A stretch of DNA of 63,937 bases, counting the filler, from Octopus bimaculoides (Eukaryota), in assembly GCF_001194135.2 (NCBI RefSeq). It is 11 parts of 11 records of this genome, joined end to end, with 100 filler letters (N's around TTAATTAATTAA, not from the genome) between each part and the next. Parts side by side here need not be neighbours in the genome. Positions count along the whole stretch, not along the records: positions 19,494 to 34,282 come from NC_068991.1; positions 34,383 to 47,862 come from NC_068992.1; 9 more parts are not named here. One strand, given 5' to 3'. Under the pieces are notes generated by a model. It made no database searches, had not been told where the DNA came from, and saw only the letters and a program-made list of their open reading frames with translations. The translations under genes and the position numbers were made by a program. Below are positions 24,658-38,409 of the stretch, in pieces (within the stretch, counting starts at the first letter, position 1; the number at the start of each line of letters is the position of its first letter).

Positions 24658-24729
24658 CATTAAATAAGTTCTGTGTTCTGGATTTTTCTTCAAACCAGCA
24701 ATAATTCCAAATACTCCAACTGCAAGAAT
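24658..24729 (-). CDS. MS4A/CD20-like membrane protein, coding exon 2 (TM2 and loop)
   Basis: ttgttttgtttag|ATT...ATG|gtaaaa. 72 bp, phase 0/0, encodes ILAVGVFGIIAGLKKNPEHRTYLM. Confidence 0.75.
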
Positions 24730-26483
24730 CTAAACAAAACAAATATTATGCAATAAAATCTGCAGAGAAAAATTGGAAATATTAAAATAAATGTGAAATT
24801 TTAAACTAGTGTTAACGAATTGAAAAAGCATCAAAAATAATAATTGATAACATAAATATATATTTTGCCTTCATCCACCATACTCCATCTAGATTGACTG
24901 TTAAAAGAATGTTAGTGTTTTCATGATACCATTATGGCTCGTTGTCACTTTACAATAACTCATACCACCTTCTAAGATAATTCAGGGGTCTTCAAGGTGA
25001 TTTTTCATTTCTCAAATTCCATATAGGTGATGGAGCCAAGTTTATTTTTTGGCATCTCTTTGTGGTCAAGTTTATCTGTCAACAGCAATGTGTTGCGAGA
25101 ACACAGCTAGTCCCTTTACTTATACTAATAAACAAAGCTGAGGGGCAACCTATATTAGCAAACTGATTATTCATATGGGAATGTGATGCTGCTGTTACAT
25201 GAAAATGTCCAAGAATACATTAAAATGAAATCATAAGTGATTTGGCTGGTTAGCAAATACTTCTTCATAAATTCACTACATCAATCTGTTTAGATGGTTT
25301 GTTTCTTCTTCATCTACATACTATAAGAACTGTTCCAAACTTACAATCAATGTCCTACCTCTACTTCAGTCCACCTAATGTAGTCATTTATCTTCTTGTG
25401 TCCTGATGGTGTCTGAGTCACAAATCTTCTACTAAATACTTTGCTCCTTCATTTCTCATTCAAACTCTTTCATTCTAAAATATCTGTTCTACAGAAATTA
25501 AATTTTTACATTAACTGCATTAATTTTACCAGTTTGAGAGAGCCTCCATGGAGAAAATCTTCCCCTTCATTGCTCACTTTGCATTCAACTTCATACTTAA
25601 CATAGCTAGGACTGTATCCCAAATACTGACCCTTCTTTTCTGGGCTACAAAATATTTCTGCCTTACCACCTGCTGACACTTTACAAAGCTCAACTGAGGA
25701 TTACAATGAAGTATTACTCTCATCTGGGACTGTGTTTCTGCTACATATATTCACATTCTGGACCATATTCAGAGAAAAAGTCCTTGATCAACAAGCATAA
25801 AATCAGGCACAGATATGTTCTAACTTTTGGCACACTGGTGTACTATATCTTCTCTTATCTGGGACAGTGTTTCTGCTATGTATACTGAATCTCTGGACCA
25901 ATACGTGATCCCCAAATAGTCTGTAAGGGAATTAGGTCTCAATTAAAACTAACAATGACTGTGATGACCCATCCAGCCAATACCAGCATGCAAAAGCATA
26001 GGTAAAATGAAGAGAATGGCTTAAATATTTTAGCAAATAAACAATGAAAAATGAATCAAAGTAGAAATTTAAATAATTTTCTACCAATAAAATACAATTA
26101 TTATTTCCATGGAATATGAGGCATTCCCGATATAAATTAAATAAACACTTGGTGTCATCATTATCAGCCAAAGGCATTACATTATGGATATTTTTAACCT
26201 GTGAATTCATCTGTTATGCTAGGATAGGGTTAAAACATATTTGAAACAGTTTGATTTCTACTGTAAGATATTTTATTGCATGTTCAGGCTGGGAGTTCTC
26301 CAAACCATTTTGGGTAGGTTTCAATTAGTCTTAACTATCAACCTATGACCTCTAACACCCAAAATGGTAGTGTTGGTACCTTATACCAAATAAGGAAGAA
26401 ACATTTTTAGAAATGTATTTCACTAGAATTATTATATGTTTACAACAGCTTGACGGGCATCTTCGACTAGCAAGTCATGCTAC

Positions 26484-26526
26484 TCCAGACTGATGACGAG
26501 CAAAGACTCAGAAACATGTCTCTGGA
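26484..26526 (+). ncRNA. Minimal type-I hammerhead ribozyme motif
   Basis: TCCAGA-CTGATGA-c-GAG-caaaga-CTC-a-GAAA-C-AT-GTC^TCTGGA: 6-bp stem I, palindromic ACAUGU helix III, GUC site. Positions 10.1/11.1 form a C-A mismatch. Confidence 0.75.
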
Positions 26527-26826
26527 TGCAGGCTTAGCTGGGTGGAGGTGCTTGTCTCCCCCTTGTAAACATAAGGACACAGGAAATGTGTCAAGGCCGA
26601 CAGGAAGTGGTGCAGCTTCCTAGGTCTAACCAACAGCAGTATTATTCCCTTCAGGGGACTGTCACATTAAGTTGACAGCATACAACTACTTCAAGGAAGA
26701 AACAGTTCAAAAACTAAATCCAAAGTTCAAAGGGTTTTTTCCATCAATAAAAACAACTGAAACATTTAGGTGTACCAATACATCGTTGATCAATATACAA
26801 CTGTCACAAAGAACACCTATACTTAC

Positions 26827-27043
26827 CCATAGACTTGCAATCAATGATCCAGCAGCAGTCCTTACAGCCAGATTATTATTATAAAGATAACCACTATAAA
26901 TATCAACAAATATTTTGTAATATTCTTTTGTTGTAAAAGCGATTATTGAACAAATGAAACAAAATATTCCAAGAGCCAAATGCATTGCTCCCGTTATTGT
27001 CATTGCAATGTAGTTGAAACCAACAATCATCTTGAGTGCTTAT
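26827..27043 (-). CDS. MS4A/CD20-like membrane protein, first coding exon (13-nt UTR, ATG at 27030)
   Basis: cttttctttatatttag|ataagcactcaagATG... encodes MIVGFNYIAMTITGAMHLALGIFCFICSIIAF...RTAAGSLIASLW, then |gtaagt. Phase 0, joining in frame to the 24729 exon. Confidence 0.75.
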
Positions 27044-30000
27044 CTAAATATAAAGAAAAGTTTAAAATTTGAACTATGAACAATGAGACTTTTGCTGTTG
27101 TTTTTCAAATAATCTTAACTTACAAATATCATTAATACAAATATTATCAAGTTTATAATTTTGGAAAAACAAGATTAAAATGAAGAAAAAAAATGAAAAA
27201 TAAGTAACTCAAAATACTTGACTATCTGTAAGTTGATAGCAAAGTTTTACAACATCACTACAATAGTCTCTTCACTGCTGAAATAGTAAGCCCACCCATG
27301 ACATTTAGCTCTTCTCATTTTCTTGTATCTTCTGTGAGTTACTCACACTGACTTTGTATTAAACATTTTCAAATTTCTGGATAAACTCTTTTCTTAATCA
27401 TATTTTCTTTACAAAATTTAACATATAAAATTCCAAATTCAACATATGCAAATTTCTCTAGCCTGAGAATGTCTGCAAGCCAGTTTGAGATTTGATCTGT
27501 TTTTCCTGAACTAAATAATAAAAAAATATTAGCTGGCATTGTAAAGATCTTTAAAGTTAGTGATGGAAAGATGAGAAACAGTGCCAAGATAAGCAGTCGA
27601 GATGGTAATGTTTAACATCAGTCTGACACAAATGATACACAGATGTAGTTTTGGGGATAAGAAATCTTTTTTTGTGAGATTAGTTTGAAGAAGTACAAGA
27701 AATTTAGGTATCACTGAGTTTACCAAATGACATAGAAGNNNNNNNNNNNNNNNNNNNNNNNNNNNNNNNNNNNNNNNNNNNNNNNNNNNNNNNNNNNNNN
27801 NNNNNNNNNNNNNNNNNNNNNNNNNNNNNNNNNNNNNNNNNNNNNNNNNNNNNNNNNNNNNNNNNNNNNNNNNNNNNNNNNNNNNNNNNNNNNNNNNNNN
27901 NNNNNNNNNNNNNNNNNNNNNNNNNNNNNNNNNNNNNNNNNNNNNNNNNNNNNNNNNNNNNNNNNNNNNNNNNNNNNNNNNNNNNNNNNNNNNNNNNNNN
28001 NNNNNNNNNNNNNNNNNNNNNNNNNNNNNNNNNNNNNNNNNNNNNNNNNNNNNNNNNNNNNNNNNNNNNNNNNNNNNNNNNNNNNNNNNNNNNNNNNNNN
28101 NNNNNNNNNNNNNNNNNNNNNNNNNNNNNNNNNNNNNNNNNNNNNNNNNNNNNNNNNNNNNNNNNNNNNNNNNNNNNNNNNNNNNNNNNNNNNNNNNNNN
28201 NNNNNNNNNNNNNNNNNNNNNNNNNNNNNNNNNNNNNNNNNNNNNNNNNNNNNNNNNNNNNNNNNNNNNNNNNNNNNNNNNNNNNNNNNNNNNNNNNNNN
28301 NNNNNNNNNNNNNNNNNNNNNNNNNNNNNNNNNNNNNNNNNNNNNNNNNNNNNNNNNNNNNNNNNNNNNNNNNNNNNNNNNNNNNNNNNNNNNNNNNNNN
28401 NNNNNNNNNNNNNNNNNNNNNNNNNNNNNNNNNNNNNNNNNNNNNNNNNNNNNNNNNNNNNNNNNNNNNNNNNNNNNNNNNNNNNNNNNNNNNNNNNNNN
28501 NNNNNNNNNNNNNNNNNNNNNNNNNNNNNNNNNNNNNNNNNNNNNNNNNTTAAGCCAAATTTGTTGATAAACTTGGCAACATTTCATGTAAAACTTGATT
28601 TGCATATGTTCTTTGAATGCCAGCATCTTTTAGAGATTTTAGTTGTCTGACATTCAGGACTTTGTTAGAACTGTAGCTCAAAATTTACCAACTGAAAGTT
28701 GTTACCCTTGACATCAAAACTGTTCACCTGTGGTTTCCATCCATTTCTCCCCTCTTATATTAGTAGCTTCCAGTCAGAGTAAATTATCATGAGCTCTTTC
28801 AGTCTCATATTCTATCTACTCTGCTCTATGTTCAGTTTTCTTTCATCTCCTTTCCGTCTCTCTCTACATTAATGACCAACTTTCTACCAGGACAAACAAT
28901 TCTCATTCTCACACAGATTATATGTAAGTGTCGGCCTTCACCAATCAAGCATCATTTATAAATAATCTGTACATCACATGCCTAACTTATACTAGCTTCT
29001 GCTCCATAAACAGAAACTACAAAAGCATCTCCAATAGGGACAGCCAAAAAACACAAGTATTTACATAAAAAAAGACATCATTGCACTTGCCCCTCACCCT
29101 TAAAATGAGCAGTATGATTCCTCATTATCAATCCAAATGTTAAACCTCATAATCACCAGAATTCTCTCATGGTAAAAGTACATCTTTTAATTGCCCCTAC
29201 TCTTCAATGCCAATAAATACTTCATCTCCAAATAATTAATGACCATTTACAACACTCAGGTATATCCCACATGTTGGGAGGTGCTGCTATTTCTCATACA
29301 GACATCTTAGATTGTGTCCAAAGAAAGGTCATTCAACTGATTATTATAAAATTGCTCATAGGCATGCTCTAGCCATTAGATCCCAGATGGGTTCTCTTTT
29401 TTCTGATTTTCTATCATTATTTTATAATATCTGCTTCATGGATTCAGTTGGGCTCATGCCATTTCTCCTCAAGCAGCCCCAACACATTCGCTTCTCCTTT
29501 AATTTTGTGTTGTGTCGAACTATCCAGGCACCCACCACTGGTAATATCATTCCAGGGCAAGCTCAGTTTTTGAATGCATAAGGAAGATACATGTACGCGC
29601 GCGCGCGCACACACACACACACACAACAAAATGACATTTAAAAACTTTTTTACCTCTTTTGCTAATTCGTATTTAGAAAGTTGATCCTCGGTTTGGCTGT
29701 TGTTTCTAGCTTGTCAGATTTCCGGTTGGGGCAGGTTTAAATTTTAAAATTTTTTCTTCTTTGGTAACGTATTAAAATTTTGAAAATGTGTTTCTAGCAT
29801 GTCAGGTTTTCTGTTTTGATACTTTTTGCGTCTGCTATTTTATAATTCAATGTATGCATGAAACACTTTAATTACATTTCTTGTAACAGGGTGGAGGGGA
29901 GGGGGTGTTTAAAAAATATTTTTTTGAAAAATTGCAATTTTACAATTTTTTTTTCAGAATCATAATATCCCTATTTTTCTATGTATTTCACCTAAAAAAA

Positions 30001-30552
30001 TTTTTTTACAAAGTGAAAATTTAAGAAATTGAGGAGGTGGGGTGGGAATTTAAATTTTGAAATGCAGATAGAATTTTTGCAGATTCGGAATTTCCACCCT
30101 CGATATAGTGTGTTCATGTAAAAATAAGCCCCCACCCAAAAGTCCTAAAGGGTGCTGTCCATGATCTTTACCTCTGCCAACACTTTTTTGGTCAGAAGGT
30201 AAAGCTGCCATTACTGTGGTGTGCAAAGTAAGCATAGCAGTTGCGGTTGTAGATGCCATAGTACTACTTTTACGACTATTACTGCTACCAGCTCCTTTTG
30301 TATCGCTTTCTATTAGTTTTGCTATTAAAGAAGAACAAGTTTGTTTGGATCAGAAGGTAAGGCTTCTGTTACTGCTTCATTTAAAGTAAGTGTTATATAG
30401 CAATAGTAGAAATAGTATCACTACTTCTACTCCTCGGCTCCTCTTGCATCTGCTTCCACGTCTAAACCTCGGTTAAGGTATGAATATCACATGAATATGG
30501 CTTAAATTCCCTGCAACAGTGACATTCAGAATATTTGTCCCGGTTTTAAGTC

Positions 30553-33500
30553 ATGCCTCGAAGAAAGCGATGTTTCATTGGATGAAAAACTGTAGAGGCA
30601 GCATGCAATTACATCTGTTGTTAGATGGTCACAGGACAGTGAATGTACCACCACCAGAAGAGCGAATGAAATAGTCCATCAATGAGCATTTCGACAATCA
30701 GCTGATGCAGCGTTGACTTCAGCAGCTTGAGCCACGGAAAATGAGGACCAACACAGACGTCGTAAAATTGCTAATGCTGCATCTACTTCAGATGTGCGAG
30801 CTGCGGAATCTGAAGACAAGCGCAGATGTCGTAAAATTGCTAATGCCACATCGACTTCAGCTGCGCAAGTTGTGGAAATTGAAGACAGGCACAGATGTCA
30901 TTGAACTTCTAATACCGCATCAGCTTCATTGTTCTCAGGCATTGCTACAACACGCTTCAGTGTAAAAGTGAAACACATAGGTCTTATGACACCCTTCCTT
31001 ATCCGCTACTGTTTGCAAAAGGAGAAGATGGATACCGAATTGGTATTACTCAGCTTAATCCGGAAAACAATGGATTTTCAACAAATAAGAGTTTCGTGTA
31101 TGAGTTTCTATTCCTACTACTTCATGGTTCGCAACAACTCCTTCAATCATTTACACCGTTTGCGAGAGCTACTTCAGCAATTTGCTGTTGATATGTGTGC
31201 GAAGATAGAATCGGAGAGGTTGTGTTTTATATGGACACATCAGAGGCAACTGCAGTCCGAAAGCTACATCCACCTCCATGATGCTATAATGGACGATGCA
31301 GAGCCCGGCAGTGTAGGAAAACTCTGTATTCTCCCATCAACTTTCACAGGAAGTCCTCAATATATGCACGAGAGGACGTGGGATGCTTTTACTTACTTTT
31401 GCTATTATGGTCGGCCTGACCTTTTTATTACCTTCACTTGTAGTCCAAGGAGGAAAGAGATTGAGGCAGAACTATTTCCATGCCAACAACCGAAAGTCTG
31501 ACATGATATCCTGGCTTGCAGTCCACCTTGAAAATGGCCAAAGGATTTACTTTACTGATGAAACTGCTGCTCAATTGGTGAAAGAGGCACGTGAAACCAC
31601 CCTGGCTGCATTTTTCAAACTATGTCAGGACGATCCTTTCGCTCAAATGGTGCTCTACCCTCAAGTGCCCTCCTACTACACATGGTCCAGGAAAAAATGG
31701 GTTCGCAGAAAGGCAAGCCAACCTGTTGATGGGCATTCCGGGATTAAGTCCAACAGTTGCCTTGGATGAGTTTATACAGTACACCCGAATTACCATGAAT
31801 GCTTTTACTTCCGTTTGCTGCTTCATGAAGTAATGGGACCGCAGTCATTTGAAGATCGTCAAACAGTCAAATGGTCATGTGTGCAGCACATACAGGAAGA
31901 CATGCTTCAAACATGGCCTGCTTGAAAATGGCTCGCAGTGGATTTTCACATTATCAGAAACTTCTCTTTTGCAATCTCCTAGCTGTCTACATGCGCTGTT
32001 TGCAGTATTACTACAGATGTGCGAGGTGGTTGATCCAAACTCATTGTGGCTGAAGTTCCAAGATGATCTCTCAGAAGACTACAGACATCAGGCAATATTG
32101 CAGTATCCTGAACTGGATGGTACTAGTGATGAAATTTACAATAGAGGACTGATTGACCTTGAGGATAGGGTTATTTCCCTTGGTGGTACTGATTTGCCGA
32201 CATACAGTTTACCAGCTACACTCCGGTCAGTATACAACACACTTTCTTCTGCAGTCTTGCGAGAAACGTTTTACGATAAAGCGTCTCTTGCCCAATTCGT
32301 CAATGAGGTGGAACCACAACTGCTTCCAGACCAACGCCATGTCTACAACTGTATTGTTAGCAGCGTGTGTCACCAATCCGGTAGTATTTTCTTCTTGAAT
32401 GCACCAGGTGGCGCTGGAAAAACCTTTTTAATCAAATTAATTCTCGCAAATGTATGGCAAAATGGCGACATAGCATTAGCAGTAGCCTCTTCTGGGATTG
32501 CTTCCACTTTGTTGCCAGGTAGGAGAACAGCACATTCCACCTTCAAACTTCCACTGAATTTAGCGGCTCCAGAAGCCTATCCTGCAACGTCAGCATAAGT
32601 TCTGACCAAGGGTAAGTACTCTGACAGTGCATTCTTATAGTATGGGATGAGTGCACAATGGCTCACAGAGGAGCATTAGAGGCTTTAGATAGAACTCTGA
32701 GGGATATATGAGACAGTCAGGCTCCAATGAGCTGTGCAACGCTTCTATTGTCAGGTGACTTTAGACAAACTCTTTCTGCCATTCATAAAAGTACAAGGGC
32801 AGATGAAGTACAAGCGTGCCTTAAGTCATCACCGTTGTGGTGTCATGTTACGACACTTACGCTATACACAAATATGAGAGCCCGACATTATGGTGATCAA
32901 AATTCTTCTCAGTTTGCTAAAGATATTTTGGAACTTGGTGACGGTAAGGTACCTTTGGATGCAGCGGGTGAACTAGACATCTCGTCACTTTGTACCATTG
33001 TATCTTCTATCAACGAACTAAATGGCAAGGTGTTTCTGAATTTGCAGGACAACTGCTACAATCTTAACTGGTTGTGTGAAAGAGCAATACTTGTTCCTAA
33101 GAACACCACTGTAAGCAAGCTGAATGATCAACTCCTCCATTCTCTACCCGGAAATCATTGAACATTTAAGTCAATTGATACCATGATAGACAACAATGAA
33201 GCAGTTAATTATCCTACCAAATTTCTTAACTCATTGGACCCTCCATGCCTTCTTCCATGTGTATTGCAGCTGAAAAGAAGGGATTCCAATAATGCTGCTT
33301 CGGAATTTGGAGCCACCAAAACTATGCAACGGAACACGACTGGTTGTTAAAAAAGTTCTTAACCACGTAACAGAGGCTACCGTAATTTCCAGGAGTGGAA
33401 AAGGAGACGGTGTTTTCATACCACGAGTTCCTCTCATTCCATCAAGAGCGGCTATTCCTTTCTCCTTTTGGAGGCTTCAATTTCCCATTCATGTCAGTTT

Positions 33501-34276
33501 TGCTATGTCAATAAACAAGTCACAAAGTCAGACACAATCTGTTGCTGGTTTTTTTTGGACGAGTCATGTTTTTCACATGGACAACTATACATTGGTTGTT
33601 TGAGAGTGGGGCGCAAGGTGAATCTCATTGCATTTCTACGGTTTTTTGCTAAAAGGTCTTCTCATTTCATATCCACAACCACTAGTTTTCGGGTAGCTAT
33701 GGCAGCAAGGCATGCACTCGATCGGTTGCCATCACATCTACAACAGCAATGACCCAATATCATAACAAAGTTACGCAATGTGAATCCTGCATCCCTAAGT
33801 TTATCAAAGACTGATCGAGACTTACTATTGTTCAATGGAACAATAAATAAACATTTGGTTTCTCTCCTTCCTTTGACAAAACCCTTACGCTTAGAGCTTT
33901 ATGAGTTGACCACTTGACTTAAGTAGTTATTCCCCAAGTCTAGGCGGAGTGTTCGTTTATGAGCATAAAGCTATGACACCAAGAAGACTCCAATATATTC
34001 AAGACTTCATTATAGTTATCCACAGAGCAGGAAATAATATATAAGGTCAGGATTATAAACTTTAGCAACGCCAAGACACATTGTAAATTGTGTCAAAGCA
34101 ATAATCTCATGCTTATGTTACTGATTTAAAAAAAAATTTCCCGCTTAATTCTTAACCAAACATTTTTAGAACAATTGAGATCGGATAGCTGATCTTTCTT
34201 TTATTTTGAAATTGAAATGCCCCAGTGTTATTTTACATTAATTGATGTTCCCGGGCAACGCAGGGTAAACTGCTAG
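30553..34276 (+). mobile_element. Helitron with a decayed, internally deleted RepHel gene and an intact 3' terminus (5' end not located)
   Basis: Start MPRRKR; charged N-terminal repeats; YPLLFAKGEDGY; LLQQFAVDMCAKIESERL; LPSTFTGSPQYM; GRPDLFITFTC; PIF1 motifs APGGAGKTFL, WDEC, GDFRQTL, LCNGTRL, INKSQSQT, HGQLY. 3' hairpin cccgg-gcaacg-caggg (34250-34265), then CTAG (34273-34276) followed by T. Confidence 0.93.
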
Positions 34277-34383
34277 TATATANNNNNNNNNNNNNNNNNN
34301 NNNNNNNNNNNNNNNNNNNNNNNNNNTTAATTAATTAANNNNNNNNNNNNNNNNNNNNNNNNNNNNNNNNNNNNNNNNNNNNA

Positions 34384-34428
<45 letters not shown>

Positions 34429-34838
34429 CTGTACAGGATAGTAGTGCTGAGCTTACTCTCAGCATGGCAATCAATATTCGCGCTCTATATTTTGTTTCGA
34501 ATATGCTCCTGGTGTATGTAAACCTAAAACATACTCTCTCTCTCATTTTCCCCTTTTTCTCACTCTCTCACACACGCACGCATATATGTACATATATACA
34601 TGCATACATATATATATACATATATATGTGTGTGTGTGTGTGCGTGTGTGTGTACTTGCTTGGATACATATATGTGTGTCTGTGTGCTCATATCTGAGTG
34701 TATGTATGTGTATATATGTGTTCGTATACACGTTACGTTCCAATGTCTAATATCAGACAGTGTAAGTCTCAACAAACATCACCGCTAATCAAGATAAATC
34801 AGAAAATACTACCATTGGTGATTATCAGTAAACTCAAC

Positions 34839-34915
<77 letters not shown>

Positions 34916-35542
34916 TATATGAAACAAAAACAGCAGTCTTGTAACTACTCATGTGAGGAACACATTAAACGGTAAGGTGGTTTGCACAGCAAGGAATCAT
35001 TGCAGTATTGTTTTAAGCCATTCACAGTTGTCCGTACTGAAATATATAGACTAATAGAATCACGGTCATACGCATGAGAGCATACATAGATTATATCCAG
35101 ACCGCAATATGCTATCACTTTGAAATCAGAACAGAGAATAAATCGTGAAGATTAACATTGAAAACTGTCAATAAAATTACTAAGTGAGCCATTAATTGCT
35201 TAGAATATATGTATGTGAGTAAAACGCCCCTTCCTCTCTTCTCAATCCTTTTCGACGATGGGAAAATAAAATATGGAAGAATGCGAATGAAATTATGATA
35301 TAATAATGCCAAACACAAAAAAAAAGTGCTTTGTTGTTTTGGTTTAGTGTAAGAATAAAATGAGTGTGTCCATAAATCATACTGACCGTTCCTAGTCCTG
35401 GGAAGACAATGAATTAAATATGGAGATGTTAGAGGATGTTGTATATATACTCAAATATATTTGTGTTCGTAGCGTTCTTTCACATTTTATATATTCAGTA
35501 TTCAACGAGATATACTTGTTTGTATATGTGTGCATATAATGC

Positions 35543-35573
<31 letters not shown>

Positions 35574-35593
35574 CACACATATCTATATCTATA

Positions 35594-35656
<63 letters not shown>

Positions 35657-36112
35657 TACTTAATAGATTTGTCGCTGTTGAATTACGTATTCAGGAGTGG
35701 TTGTAATTTACTTATTGAATTTATTTATCGATACGGTTGTACATAAGGTAAATGTGTTTGAAAGTTGTGTTTTTTGGGGTTTGTTTGTTCTCAAACAACA
35801 TTTATTTTAGAGCTGTTTACACCGCCGGATTCAATGGTACTGCCCAGGTGTCGAAACCACAATGATATCCGTGGGGTAGCTGATGATTGTGGTATGTTGA
35901 ATTGTTGGTATGGTTGTTTTGTATATGTGGGATAGTAATAATGGATTGCTGGTATGGCTGAGGAATATTATTATAACACATAATTTTGATATATGTATAT
36001 GAGTGTGAATATATCTATATATGTATGTGTATATATGTGTGTGTGTGTATGTATGCATCTATGTATGTATACGGGGAAATAAGTAGAAAGTATTTATAAG
36101 GAGTAGTCTTTT

Positions 36113-36392
36113 ATTCTTTTATTTGTTTCAGTCATTTGACTGCGGCGATGCTGGAGCACCGCCTTTAGTCGAGCAAATCTACCCCAGGACTTATTCGTTG
36201 TAAGCCTAGTACTTATTCTATCGCTCTCTCTTGCTGAATCGCTAGGTGACGGAGACGTAAACACACCAGCATCGGTTGTGAAGTGATGTTGGAGGGACAA
36301 GCACAGACACACAAACATATACAAGCACATACATATAGATGTATGTATGCATATATAGGACGGGCTTCTTTCAGTTTCCGTCAACTAAATCC
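36113..36392 (-). mobile_element. SINE family A (internal part plus tail)
   Basis: gtttcagtcatttgactgcggcgatgctggagcaccgcc...gacgggcttctttcagtttccgtc. A further tail copy lies at 36530-36720. Confidence 0.8.
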
Positions 36393-36778
36393 ACTCACTG
36401 AAGATATATTTTCTTGTAGATGTCCAGTATTAACAAGAACCGCTTCAGTTTCTCCAGTCATAAGGAGACATCCTATAAAGGTCACAGTCACTGTCTGTTC
36501 TACCTAAAGTATAAATTCCTAAACATGTTTCAATCATTTGACTGCGACCATGCTGGAGCACCATCTTAAGGGATTTTAGTCGAAAGAATCGACCCCAGGA
36601 CTTATTCTATGCAAGCCTAGTACTTATTCTATCGGTCTCTTTTGCCCAACCGTTAAGTTACGGAGACGTAAACGCACCAACAACGATTGTCAAACGATGA
36701 TGGATGGGACAAGCACAAACACAAACACATAAATGTATATATATATATATATATATATACATACATACATATATATAC

Positions 36779-36829
<51 letters not shown>

Positions 36830-37817
36830 AAATCAAAATAAGCAACAAGGATATCCAAAGGTAATGCAGTACAATCGTGCCTTGCGACTCCATTTATTTA
36901 AGCAATGTGAACATTACAACAAATATAAAATGCAGAGCAATCCTTACCTGCACAAAGATATAGAAATTTACTGAAATTTCATTTCAACAGAAGGACATAT
37001 TTTCATAACTACATTTAAACTCTCCAAAATAGAAAGGAAGAATACAAAAACAAACATTTTGACTCAGCCAGACCATACAGGCTAGTAAATATTTCTAAGC
37101 AGATTTTTAGCTGTCACTGATTTTATTTGTTTTATTTGTTTCTATTTTATGGATCATCTTATCAGACCTAATGATTCAAAGCTTAAGAGGGCACTAGCAT
37201 TTTCTTTATAGGGAAAGGGAAAGGGGTAAACAATATACATGGATGATATGGTTATAAAATTTCTTTGGGTTTAGTGACAAACTACTAGAGGAGAAAGGTA
37301 CCGGAAACCGGAAACCGGAAACCCATGGGAATGGTTGTAACAAAGTGGGCTCTGCTAAAGATACATAATGTATTAGTGGGATGGTATTAAACCGGGTGCA
37401 GATGAAGACTGCCACCCAAGATAAAATGATAAGCATGGACATTCTATCGCATCTAGTGATCAACTGGATATAGCAGCCAATTCTCTCCCAATGTCTTCAA
37501 AAATGCTACACACGCTCGCTTTGGGTAATATAATTCTAGATACACTATGTTAATATGGGTGGTCGTGCTTGGAAAGCTTTTTATCATAGATTTATGCTCT
37601 ATAAGGCTTGACCCGAGATAACTAACAAATATCAATTATCAACAATATAATCTCTAATGACAGACGATCGATATTTAAATATATTTATTGAAAATTTATG
37701 AAAATTAAATCAGTTTTAGACGCCGGAGATTAGCGAAATGGCAAAGCGTCGGTCTAAATAGTTTGCTGTTATTTGTACCCCCCTCTCTCTCTATTTCTTT
37801 CTATTTCACTCTTTCTT

Positions 37818-37860
<43 letters not shown>

Positions 37861-38170
37861 CTCTCTCTCTCTCTTGTTCTTTTTCTCTCTTTCTCTCTCT
37901 CTCTCTGGTACTTTCTCTCTTTCCCTTTCTCCGTCTCACTCTTTGTCTATCCCTCCATTTGTCTAGCCCTCTCTATCTCTCATATCCTTTTCTCTTTCAT
38001 CAATACAAATTCTAGTTAAACGATCTTGCCCTGATTCGATATTTGATCGCTGCTAGAAAATATACTGAGATAAACCAGGTACTTGCACCTCTCCATTTGC
38101 AAATTGCCAAAAGAAAGTGCCACAGTGTTCTATAATAATGACGATAACAATAACAATAGCAACAGTAACA

Positions 38171-38376
38171 ATCCTTTCTATTATAGGCACAATGTCAGCA
38201 ATCATAGGTGGGGGTGGTCAGTCCATTACTTCGACCCCAGAACTCAACTTGTACGTATGTAATCAGGCCCCACTGGTAAATGCCAAAGTCGACCTCGAAG
38301 GAATTTGAACTCACAACGTATAGAGCTTGAAGAAATGCCACTTTGACCAACGCGTTAAGGATTCTGCCAGCTCACC
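38171..38376 (-). mobile_element. SINE family B
   Basis: aaagtcgacctcgaaggaatttgaactcacaacg...attctgccagctcacc. Confidence 0.7.
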
Positions 38377-38409
38377 ACTTCAGTGGGGTGTTAATAATAA
38401 GGAGCTTAT

